Of a DNA stretch of 64,000 bases, positions 30,123 through 37,973 are shown in pieces. The DNA lies in NCBI GenBank assembly GCA_035544015.1, contig DATKIP010000010.1, forward strand, positions 6,449 to 70,448, written 5' to 3'. A program made the translations under genes and the position numbers. Position 1 is the first letter of the stretch. Every line of letters begins with the position of its first letter. The notes beneath the pieces are model-generated. The model had not been told where the DNA came from, searched no databases, and saw only the letters and a program-made list of their open reading frames with translations. Origin of the DNA: Candidatus Saccharimonadia bacterium (GTDB lineage: Bacteria; Patescibacteriota; Saccharimonadia; UBA4664).

Positions 30123-31187
30123 CTAAAAACTCGCCGACGCCACCGCCGTCAGCACCTCTGCGTAATCTCCCGACGCCGGTGTCAGCGGTTTGGTTTTGGC
30201 CTTCAAAATAAACGACCCGCGACCACCCACCAGCGGCGCCGGCGCCGAAAAAATCTCGCGGATCAACGCATCGGCGGTGCCCACATTCGCCGCCGACCCG
30301 TTATACGGCGCGGTCAGCGCCAGCGGACCGCCCGAACTCTGCGTCGCCGACACCCCCTGCGCCCCGAAGCCCTCCGCCACCGCGCTCAGATCCGCCGTCG
30401 CCGCCCCAATCGTGTAAGCCGCCTGCGTACTTTTGAGCCCAGCATTCTGCCCACTCAGATACACCTTGCCCCCCGATTCGCCGTTCGTATCCAAGCTCAC
30501 CCACACCCGCTTGGCCGAATCCGTCACCGTGCTCACGAGCAAGCTCCCAAAGTCGATCTGATACGGCGGGCTCGTGCTCGTATCCGTCGTAGCCACGTCA
30601 ATGTCAAACGCCAGCTGCGGATCCACCGTCGCCGCACTCGTCGTCGGTCCATACCCGCTCTCGGTGAATTTACCTCGATACGCCTTGGCCTTCACCGTGT
30701 ACACCGTACTCCGCGCCAGCCCTCGCACCATCACCCCCGCACCCGAACCCCAGGCCGCGTACGTTTGGTAATCACCAAAGCTCAGCGACGAGCCGATGGT
30801 CAAATCGCTCTTTATATAGCGTGTATCCGCCACAAAATTATCAGTCGAAATCGCCACCGCAAACACCGCGTCACTCGGATTGTTCGCCGGGCCAATCAGC
30901 ACTTTGAGCTTGTTGTACCAGTTGTCATCATTACTAATCGTCACCGTCGGCACATTGGCCTGCTTCTCGTGCGCCTCGCCCGCTCCCGCCTTGTAGTTGG
31001 CCGACGAGGCCGACCCCGCCACCTCGCCCGCCGCGCCGTTAATCCGGTAATTGGCGGAGCTCGAATTCGCCGTCCCGCCATTGCCGAAGCCGTACGAATT
31101 CAATTCATAATTTCCGCTCGCTGGCAGCCCCGCTATCATCCAGCCGGCCAACCACACCCCCAGCCACTTGCCCATCACTGCTTCCAC
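30123..31187 (-). CDS. Secreted subunit, family C2 (S/G-rich N-region + Fn3-like + WxL-like domain)
   Basis: ASGNYELNSYGFGNGG...SSANY; GLARSTVYTVKAKA Fn3-like; DTNGESG; ends PASGDYAEVLTAVASASF. Confidence 0.78.
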   Translation of the reverse strand: MEAVMGKWLGVWLAGWMIAGLPASGNYELNSYGFGNGGTANSSSANYRINGAAGEVAGSASSANYKAGAGEAHEKQANVPTVTISNDDNWYNKLKVLIGPANNPSDAVFAVAISTDNFVADTRYIKSDLTIGSSLSFGDYQTYAAWGSGAGVMVRGLARSTVYTVKAKAYRGKFTESGYGPTTSAATVDPQLAFDIDVATTDTSTSPPYQIDFGSLLVSTVTDSAKRVWVSLDTNGESGGKVYLSGQNAGLKSTQAAYTIGAATADLSAVAEGFGAQGVSATQSSGGPLALTAPYNGSAANVGTADALIREIFSAPAPLVGGRGSFILKAKTKPLTPASGDYAEVLTAVASASF

Positions 31188-31882
31188 CGCAAGCTACCTT
31201 TAATAAGCGCCATAATCGCCGAAATATCGTCGTGCGGATCAGTGCTAGTGATCGAAATTGTCAGGTTTTTGCCTCCATGAGGCCAAAATAACGTCTGCTC
31301 GTGGCCATCGGTTTTGGTCATGAACTTCACGGTCTCGCCACCCACCACCTCGGCACTCGCCCGGTAATCCGCCGCATGGATTTCGCGCACCCGCCAGCTC
31401 GCATCGTCCGCTAGCTGGCCGCTCGGCAACGGCCGCACCTCCACCGCCACCCGATGCCTGTAATTCGTTTTGGAACCTATCGTATACTGCTCGAGCACTT
31501 GCGCGTCACTTTTGGACTGCGACACCTGGTCAAACATACCCGGATACGTAAACGAAATAATGAGTCCCGCCAGCACATTCGTGTCTGCGGGTGTAGCCGT
31601 CGGCGCCGCTTCAGTTTGCACCTGCCCCAACACCTTGGCCTGCGCCTCCACCGGCCCGTCCACCAGCCGCATCACGCCCACGACCACGCCGCCCGCCAGC
31701 GCCCCGACCACCACGAGCGACGACAGCCACGCCGCCATATGCGCCCGGCCTCGCCGCCGCGGGCGCTCCGCCTCGCCGGGCTCACGGCCGTCTCCAGCCA
31801 CTTCGGCCACCACCTCCTGCGGCGACACCCCGTGGAGCTGCGCCGCATGCCGCACCGTCCGCCGCAGCTCCTCGTCATTCAC
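31175..31882 (-). CDS. Single-TM protein with extracellular alpha/beta (PsbP-like) domain
   Basis: GTG start at 31882 with AGGAG 8 nt upstream; TM, then ISFTYP...LTISIT...IKGSLRWK pattern. Confidence 0.65.
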   Translation of the reverse strand: MNDEELRRTVRHAAQLHGVSPQEVVAEVAGDGREPGEAERPRRRGRAHMAAWLSSLVVVGALAGGVVVGVMRLVDGPVEAQAKVLGQVQTEAAPTATPADTNVLAGLIISFTYPGMFDQVSQSKSDAQVLEQYTIGSKTNYRHRVAVEVRPLPSGQLADDASWRVREIHAADYRASAEVVGGETVKFMTKTDGHEQTLFWPHGGKNLTISITSTDPHDDISAIMALIKGSLRWKQ

Positions 31883-31895
31883 GCTCGGGCCTCCT

Positions 31896-32019
31896 AACAA
31901 AACCATCTGGCAGATGCAGCGCTAGGAGAAAGCGAAGCCCGGAACGAGGCGTAGTCAGATCTACGGTGAGTGAGGACTGGAGGTTTCGACGCCGCGATGG
32001 GCTGCCAGATGGTTTTGTT
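31896..32019. repeat. 124-bp hairpin/MITE-like element with perfect 18-bp terminal inverted repeats
   Basis: AACAAAACCATCTGGCAG (31896-31913) ... CTGCCAGATGGTTTTGTT (32002-32019); internal CGTAG-TCAGAT-CTACG hairpin. Confidence 0.85.
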
Positions 32020-32020
32020 C

Positions 32021-32983
32021 TCATGCCAGCGCCGCCAATCGCTTCTCCATGATCCGCTTCTCGCGCCGCTCACCGAGCCAAAACGAGACGATCATCAGCA
32101 GCAGCACAATCCACAGCGGCCAAATAATCAGCAAATTCGTCGCCACCGGCACCGTCGCCGCCTTATTTCCCGCCCCCGCTGTCGCCGCGTTCACAATCGT
32201 CGTCAGTTGCAAGTACGCCGTATGCCCCACCGCATCCGTCGCCCGAATAATCAGCGGAAACGAGCCCAAATACCCCGTCCCCACTTTCCGATACGTATGC
32301 TTCACCGTAAACGGCCCCGGCGCCAGCCGCGTTATCAAATCCGACGTCCCGTCACCCCAATCCACGCTCACCGCATACGGCGCCTGGCCGCCCACGATCT
32401 CCACCGGCCAGGTAATTTCCGCCCCCGGCTCGCTGCCGCGGTAGAAGTTCACCGACTGCAAAATCAACTCCGTCGAAAACCCATACCCGCCCGGCGGCTG
32501 ATTGAGCGTCACGGTCACCGTCGGCGAGGTCGGACCCTCCTGATCGAGCGTGTTGTACGGCAGTGCCGTCAAATCATTTCTACCCACCACCAGATCCACC
32601 GGCACCTTAAAGTGCCCACTCGCGTCGCAAATCACACTGCCCACCAAAATACCGTTCGTAAACACCTTAATGAGCGCTTTGTCCGGGCACGTACCCTCCA
32701 CCGTCACCGGGTTGGTCCCAAATGTCTGGCCACTCGACGGTGAGGTAATCACCGCCGGCTTCGCCGGCCGCGGCCCCGGCACCACCGCCGTCACCCCATA
32801 CGACGCACTACACGTCGTCGACGGCGACGGATCACAACTATCCGCCCGTACCGACCATGTAAATCCAGCCAGCAGCAACCCCACGCCGATCGTCAAAAAC
32901 AGCAACAGCGCATACGACGTATCCCGGTGGTGCGCAAGCCACCCGGTGTGCGAATAATGACTATACCTCGGGATCACAAGCAT
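32021..32983 (-). CDS. Membrane protein with Ig-like and PKD domains (paralog 2)
   Basis: HHRDTSY + TM; VEGTCP...SVICD; PYAVSVDWGDG...HTY; C-terminal TM ending FWLGERRE. Confidence 0.85.
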   Translation of the reverse strand: MLVIPRYSHYSHTGWLAHHRDTSYALLLFLTIGVGLLLAGFTWSVRADSCDPSPSTTCSASYGVTAVVPGPRPAKPAVITSPSSGQTFGTNPVTVEGTCPDKALIKVFTNGILVGSVICDASGHFKVPVDLVVGRNDLTALPYNTLDQEGPTSPTVTVTLNQPPGGYGFSTELILQSVNFYRGSEPGAEITWPVEIVGGQAPYAVSVDWGDGTSDLITRLAPGPFTVKHTYRKVGTGYLGSFPLIIRATDAVGHTAYLQLTTIVNAATAGAGNKAATVPVATNLLIIWPLWIVLLLMIVSFWLGERREKRIMEKRLAALA

Positions 32984-33011
32984 TATCTCGATTTTACCAT
33001 AACCAGATTGG

Positions 33012-33566
33012 CTAGCGGCTCGTCGGCGCCAGCGTCGTCATAGCTTCCCGAATAATCGACGTTTCACGGTTCACCACCCCCACCGCTCCCGGCGTGTCCA
33101 GACAAGCCGTCGGCGCTACATGATATACGTAATCGTATCCCGCAAGCGTGGCAATAAAATAATCCACCCCATTATGCCTGCTCGAAGCCACAAACGAGCC
33201 ACCGGGCAGCCGCAGCAATGCCCCCAGCGCGTTGTGATCGGCCCCGCAAGCCTCGCCAAGCTTCCGCACATCCTCGGCCGACAGTCCAATCCCCGACCCG
33301 CCCTGCCCGGCATAACTCACCAGCGGCAACTGCCGAGCCAACGGCAGCACCAGCGTCACGCCCCACTCTCCCACCGTCAAGGTTTGCGAACCATCCGGCC
33401 CCGGCGCCGCCACGACAAGTTTATTAGCCCGACTTTCCGCATCCACCTGATGGATGTGATCGAGCCACGCCCCCGCAAACGTACTCACCAACGACACCCC
33501 CACCGCCACCATCAACACCGGCCCCAACTCACGAGCCGCCCGCCACATTTTGCCACCACCTCGCAT
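33012..33566 (-). CDS. Membrane-anchored hypothetical protein
   Basis: 184-aa ORF with N-terminal TM, LTVGEWGV motif and two Cys; TTGACT-N17-TAAGCT promoter upstream. Confidence 0.65.
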   Translation of the reverse strand: MRGGGKMWRAARELGPVLMVAVGVSLVSTFAGAWLDHIHQVDAESRANKLVVAAPGPDGSQTLTVGEWGVTLVLPLARQLPLVSYAGQGGSGIGLSAEDVRKLGEACGADHNALGALLRLPGGSFVASSRHNGVDYFIATLAGYDYVYHVAPTACLDTPGAVGVVNRETSIIREAMTTLAPTSR

Positions 33567-33708
33567 ACCACACTCCAGTCGTCACAACGTTACTATCAAG
33601 CTTATGCTCCCACCGCTCGCCAGTCAATCGCTTGGCAACGGGCAATTGTGCCTTCAAACCACAAGCAGTATGCTATAACCTAATCAAGATACGAGTAACG
33701 CAAAAACC

Positions 33709-34836
33709 GTGGCAGACGAACCCAAAACCAACACCCCCGCCCCGGCCTCCCCGCCGGATGGTCAAACCACGCCCCCAGCCGCAGCCCCCACCCCAGACGC
33801 ACCGCCCACTGCCGATCCCGCCGCCGATTCCTCCGCCGAGGCCAAAGCCGTCGCCGCCTCCGTCCAAAAAGACCCACTCTCCGACGGCACCATCCCCACC
33901 GTGCTTACCCCCGGCGACAGCCACAAAAAAGTCCCCCGGGGCAAAGCCTCCATCACCTCCATCTACCGCCGCGCCGACATCATGACCACGCTCTTTACCT
34001 TCGTCGGCGCTCTCGTAGCCGCCGCGATTGTCGTGGGCATCTATGCCTACTTCACCCGCGCCCACTCCTCCACCACCCCGACCCCCACCAAAGTCGCCAC
34101 CCTCGATAAATCCGAGCTCGAAAAACTCGGCGCCTTCTTCGACGGCAACTCCGCCGGCGCCGGAGGCGAAATCCTCACTATCACTTCCTCCACCCTTTTC
34201 AAAAACCGTGTCGCCGTCGGCTCCGATCTCAAAGTCACCGGCGGATTGCAGGTCACCGCCACCGCCGCCCTCGCCGACCTCACCGTCGACAAAACCAGCA
34301 CGCTGGGCATCACCAACATCCGCGGCGCACTCACCGTCACCGGCCCGCTCACCGCCCAGAGCCCCGCCATCCTCGGCGCCGGCGCCACCATCACCGGCAA
34401 TCTCAATGCCACCGGCAACGGCACCTTTGGCGGCTCACTCTCGGCCACTAGTCTCAATGTCCACGACATCTCCGTCGCCGGCACCCTCAACCTCGCCGGC
34501 CACCTCTCGATCAGCGGCCAAAACCCGTCCGCCGCCCCCATCACCGGCGTCTCCACCTCGGCCTCGGTCGACGGCAACGACGCCGCCGGCACCGTCACGG
34601 TCACCGTCGCGCCCCACACCGGCAGCACCCCGTCGGCCCAGCTCGTCACCGTCACCTTCCGCAGCGCCTACCCCCGCGTGCCCCACATCGTCATCACCCC
34701 CATCGGCCCCGGCTCGGCCCAATTTCAGCCATTCATCCTCAAAACCGCCACCGGCTTCACCATCGGCGCCGCCGATTTCGCCACCCCCAACAACAACCCC
34801 ACCAGCTACTCGTTCGACTACTGGGTGGTGCAATAA
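33709..34836 (+). CDS. Single-TM fibre-like protein with Gly-rich beta repeats (paralog 2)
   Basis: Pro/Ala-rich N-terminus, TM, LDKSELEKL, beta repeats, ASVDGNDAAGT...FRSAY...IVITP...FDYWVVQ. Confidence 0.82.
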   Translation: MADEPKTNTPAPASPPDGQTTPPAAAPTPDAPPTADPAADSSAEAKAVAASVQKDPLSDGTIPTVLTPGDSHKKVPRGKASITSIYRRADIMTTLFTFVGALVAAAIVVGIYAYFTRAHSSTTPTPTKVATLDKSELEKLGAFFDGNSAGAGGEILTITSSTLFKNRVAVGSDLKVTGGLQVTATAALADLTVDKTSTLGITNIRGALTVTGPLTAQSPAILGAGATITGNLNATGNGTFGGSLSATSLNVHDISVAGTLNLAGHLSISGQNPSAAPITGVSTSASVDGNDAAGTVTVTVAPHTGSTPSAQLVTVTFRSAYPRVPHIVITPIGPGSAQFQPFILKTATGFTIGAADFATPNNNPTSYSFDYWVVQ

Positions 34837-34890
34837 CACGACGCGCGTCGGATGGCTGCGCAGCGCTGCTCCACTCCCGGTCTCGCCAAC

Positions 34891-34918
34891 AAAAAACGGC
34901 CCCGGAGGGCCATTCTTT
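34891..34918. terminator. Probable bidirectional intrinsic terminator between convergent genes
   Basis: AAAAAAC-GGCCC-CGGA-GGGCC-ATTCTTT. Confidence 0.6.
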
Positions 34919-35216
34919 AACCGATCTTGGTAATCTTCACCAGCGAGTAATGCTGCCGATGACCCGTCAGCCGCTTAATGCGCTTCTTGGCCTTAAACTT
35001 CAGCACCTTAATCTTCTCGCCCTTCACCTCTTCCACGACCTCAGCCTGCACTTTCACGCCATCCACAAACGGCGCGCCGACCTTCACTTTGTCGCCGTCG
35101 ATCACGAGTAGCGCGTCGAGCTCCAGCTTCTTGGCATCACCGAGCAACTCGAGCTCGAGCGTCTGGTCTTTTTCTACGATATATTGCTTCCCCCCGGAAG
35201 TAATGACTGCTTGCAT
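34917..35216 (-). CDS. rplU: 50S ribosomal protein L21
   Basis: AVITSGGKQY, VGAPFV, KIKVLKFKAKK...GHRQ. Confidence 0.95.
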   Translation of the reverse strand: MQAVITSGGKQYIVEKDQTLELELLGDAKKLELDALLVIDGDKVKVGAPFVDGVKVQAEVVEEVKGEKIKVLKFKAKKRIKRLTGHRQHYSLVKITKIG

Positions 35217-35479
35217 GGCTACAAAGCCCCTTTCGTGCCTGGGTCTAGCAGGCGTGCCTGTATTTAATGTCGCATAACTAAGGTAGACTACCAGAAAAGC
35301 TCCCTTTTAGCAACCAAAACCCTTGCATATTGGCCTCATATAGGCTAAACAGGGAAGGTCGCGTTGACAACTAGGAGGTAATGTTGCCGCTCTGAGGACG
35401 TCGACCGGACCAACCTTGGTTCCGGCCCCACCCATTCAATGAGCTTCGCGCCCTACCGGCGCGAGGAGGGATCAAACTC

Positions 35480-36244
35480 GTGACCGCTTCTGAGCCCCCA
35501 ACTGCCCCATTCTGTCCCACGTTTGCCATCGACCCCGCCCCGTACACGAACCCCGGGGACACCTACCGGGACCTTCGGGCGACAATGCTGAACCGCCTGC
35601 CGTCCGGCGATCTGCTGCTCGGCGGCACACTCCCGGGACAGGTGACGGACCTGGCTCTCGCCTTCAGCAACAGCGTTCCGAACCTCGGCCTCCTGGCCGA
35701 TCGCATCACGGTCTTCAGCGCCTGGGACGACCCGCAGGTCTTCGAAGAGGGCAAGCTCGCCATCGATACCGGGCTCACAGTGCACGACCTATCCCGGCCG
35801 TTCCCGCTGCCGTTCGGCCAACTCCTCGGCCACTTCAACGGCAACCCCAACGAGTTCGCCGAGCTCATGGACGGTTCGTGCACGCCGCTCGGGCTGGTCG
35901 TGATCTGGCCATACCGCGGCCTGAAGCGCGAGGTCATGCAGGCCATCTACACGGCGGTCTGCCAAGCGGTCTTTCCCGAAGGCCAGCGGCTACCCGAGGG
36001 ACTCGCCGCCCACACCGCCTTCCTGCTCCACGACGGCCGGCTGCTGGTCGCCGAGGGCTGGCGCTCCTCGGGCGAGCAGCAGGAGCACATGGTGGGCCGG
36101 GTACTGCCGGCCCTGGCCGCCCAGTTCTCGGACCGAGGTCTCGGCCAGCTCCCGACGCCGATCACCATCCTGGGCGGACTGCTCAGCCTGGGCATCGCCG
36201 GCGACGGCGGCTACCGCCACCTCGCCGCACCGACCTCGGCCTGA
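35480..36244 (+). CDS. Hypothetical protein with C-terminal dimeric alpha-beta barrel (ABM-like) domain
   Basis: AGGAGG SD; PEGLAAH...GRLLVAEGWRS...RVLPAL resembles ABM-like folds; followed by a GC hairpin. Confidence 0.55.
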   Translation: MTASEPPTAPFCPTFAIDPAPYTNPGDTYRDLRATMLNRLPSGDLLLGGTLPGQVTDLALAFSNSVPNLGLLADRITVFSAWDDPQVFEEGKLAIDTGLTVHDLSRPFPLPFGQLLGHFNGNPNEFAELMDGSCTPLGLVVIWPYRGLKREVMQAIYTAVCQAVFPEGQRLPEGLAAHTAFLLHDGRLLVAEGWRSSGEQQEHMVGRVLPALAAQFSDRGLGQLPTPITILGGLLSLGIAGDGGYRHLAAPTSA

Positions 36245-36278
36245 TCCACCACCCGTCCCTTCCACCCATCAACGCGAC

Positions 36279-36305
36279 GGGGCCCGGCGTTCAGCGCCGG
36301 GCCCC
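36279..36305 (+). terminator. GC-rich hairpin after orphan gene
   Basis: GGGGCCCGGCG-TTCAG-CGCCGGGCCCC 11-bp stem. Confidence 0.6.
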
Positions 36306-36328
36306 ACCCCCGCCCTCATCCCCAAATC

Positions 36329-37444
36329 TCATCCCTCAAACTGCAACTTCTTACGCCGCGTCGACACACTCTCGAGCAAACCAAGGCTTGCCATAGCCAC
36401 AATCAGCGCCGTGCCGCCATAGCTCACAAACGGCAGCGGAATGCCCGTCACCGGCGCGATCCCCATATTCATTCCCGCATTCACAAACAGATGGAACAAA
36501 ATCATCGCCGTCACTCCCACCGCCAAAAACATCCCAAACCGATCCTGCGCGATGTACGCAATCCGCACCCCCCGGTATAGCAACACCCCAAACAGCAAAA
36601 GCAGCAACATCCCCCCCACAAACCCCAGCTTTTCATTCAGCACCGCAAAAATAAAATCCGTATGCTGCGCCAGCGACGGCAAAAAATTCAGCTGACTCTG
36701 CGATCCCGCCGCCAGCCCCCGCCCAAACACCTGCCCCGAGCCAATCGTGATCGTCGATTGGATCACATTATGCCCCGCCCCCAGCGGATCCGCATGCGGA
36801 TTCAAAAACACCGTTAACCGGTCGCGCTGATACGCTTTGAGATGGCTCAAAATCACCGGCAACAACGCCACCGCCACACCCGTCAGCGCCAGCAAATACA
36901 CCTTGCGCACCCGACTCACGAGCGCCATCGCCAGCCAAATCGCCGCCAGCACCAAGGCTGTACCCAAATCCGGCTGCCGGATCACGAACAACATCGGCAC
37001 CGCCACATACCCCAACGACATGGCCAAATACCGCACCCGATGCATCTGATCGTAATGATCTGAAAAAAACTTAGCCAACACGATGATCACCACCAATTTC
37101 GCAAATTCACTCGGCTGAAATTGAAAAAACCCCAGATCAATCCAACGCTGCGCCCCCAGCACCGCCCGCGACGACACAAGCACAATCACGAGTAACAGCA
37201 AGGTCACCCCATACAACCACGGCGTCAGCTTCACCCAGGTGCGATAATCCACCCGGGCCATAAAGAAAAACACCCCCAGTCCCACAATCGCAAACGCCAG
37301 CTGGTGCCACACATCAGTCAGACTCACCAGCTTGGTAGCCTTAAACGAGGTCGAATAAATCACGAGCAAACCCAGCGCCACGAGCAAAATCATGACCCCA
37401 AATAACACCCAGTCAAAATGCCTCCAGAAGCGCCGGCTCAACAT
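36329..37444 (-). CDS. rodA: Rod shape-determining SEDS glycosyltransferase RodA
   Basis: GAQRWI..FQPSEFAK, QPDLGT, YQRDR, HTDFIF, GIPLPFVSYGG; multi-TM. Confidence 0.92.
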   Translation of the reverse strand: MLSRRFWRHFDWVLFGVMILLVALGLLVIYSTSFKATKLVSLTDVWHQLAFAIVGLGVFFFMARVDYRTWVKLTPWLYGVTLLLLVIVLVSSRAVLGAQRWIDLGFFQFQPSEFAKLVVIIVLAKFFSDHYDQMHRVRYLAMSLGYVAVPMLFVIRQPDLGTALVLAAIWLAMALVSRVRKVYLLALTGVAVALLPVILSHLKAYQRDRLTVFLNPHADPLGAGHNVIQSTITIGSGQVFGRGLAAGSQSQLNFLPSLAQHTDFIFAVLNEKLGFVGGMLLLLLFGVLLYRGVRIAYIAQDRFGMFLAVGVTAMILFHLFVNAGMNMGIAPVTGIPLPFVSYGGTALIVAMASLGLLESVSTRRKKLQFEG

Positions 37445-37582
37445 TCCCCTATCTTACCGTCCCTCCCCGGCCCGCGCCATCCCGTTCGCACCAAGCCACC
37501 CGCACATAGCCCCATCACTCTTGAACTTAATTGAAATTCTTGTATAATACAAAACCAGCACGCCTCAACGACTGCTAGGAGG

Positions 37583-37918
37583 ATGCTCGTGCACATTTCC
37601 GACACCGAATGCATACTGAGCCGGATCGCCGAAGGCTCTGAGCGGCAGCCCCGGGTCACACTCACCCCCTGGGGAGCCCCCTTCGAAGACACCACCCTCA
37701 CACCCTTCGCCACCGGCACCATGGGTTGCCAGGGAGCCTACGTGCTCGTCGGCCTCACCCGCCGAGGCCTCCTGCGCTTCTGCTTCGCACCCTGCTCGTT
37801 CGGCCCATGGCGGCCCGAGCTGGAGTTCGGCCCCGACCGGCAGTCGTACCGGCAGGCAGCCCAACAGCTGAAGCTGATGACCCGCTTCGGCGACCTCCGC
37901 CAGACCGTCAGCGCCTAG
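37583..37918 (+). CDS. Hypothetical protein (orphan)
   Basis: 111-aa ORF with TTGAAC-N16-TATAAT promoter, AGGAGG SD and downstream hairpin (37928-37966). Confidence 0.5.
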   Translation: MLVHISDTECILSRIAEGSERQPRVTLTPWGAPFEDTTLTPFATGTMGCQGAYVLVGLTRRGLLRFCFAPCSFGPWRPELEFGPDRQSYRQAAQQLKLMTRFGDLRQTVSA

Positions 37919-37973
37919 CCCGCCACCGCGGCTCCTTATCCCTCCACCGAGCGGACAAGGAGCCGCTCACCAT

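Noticed and set aside
8207-31187. Type IV pilins or sortase-dependent pilins
   Set aside because: No class III signal (G-F-x-x-x-E), no evident LPxTG + TM tail on the subunits, and no sortase or pilus ATPase in the locus
1928-34836. Diversity-generating retroelement acting on the adhesins
   Set aside because: No reverse transcriptase and no TR/VR pair with adenine-specific mismatches was seen; the internal repeat differs mainly at synonymous sites
35381-35395. Leader peptide MLPL upstream of the 35480 orphan
   Set aside because: SD only 2 nt from the ATG and no regulatory codon run; insufficient support
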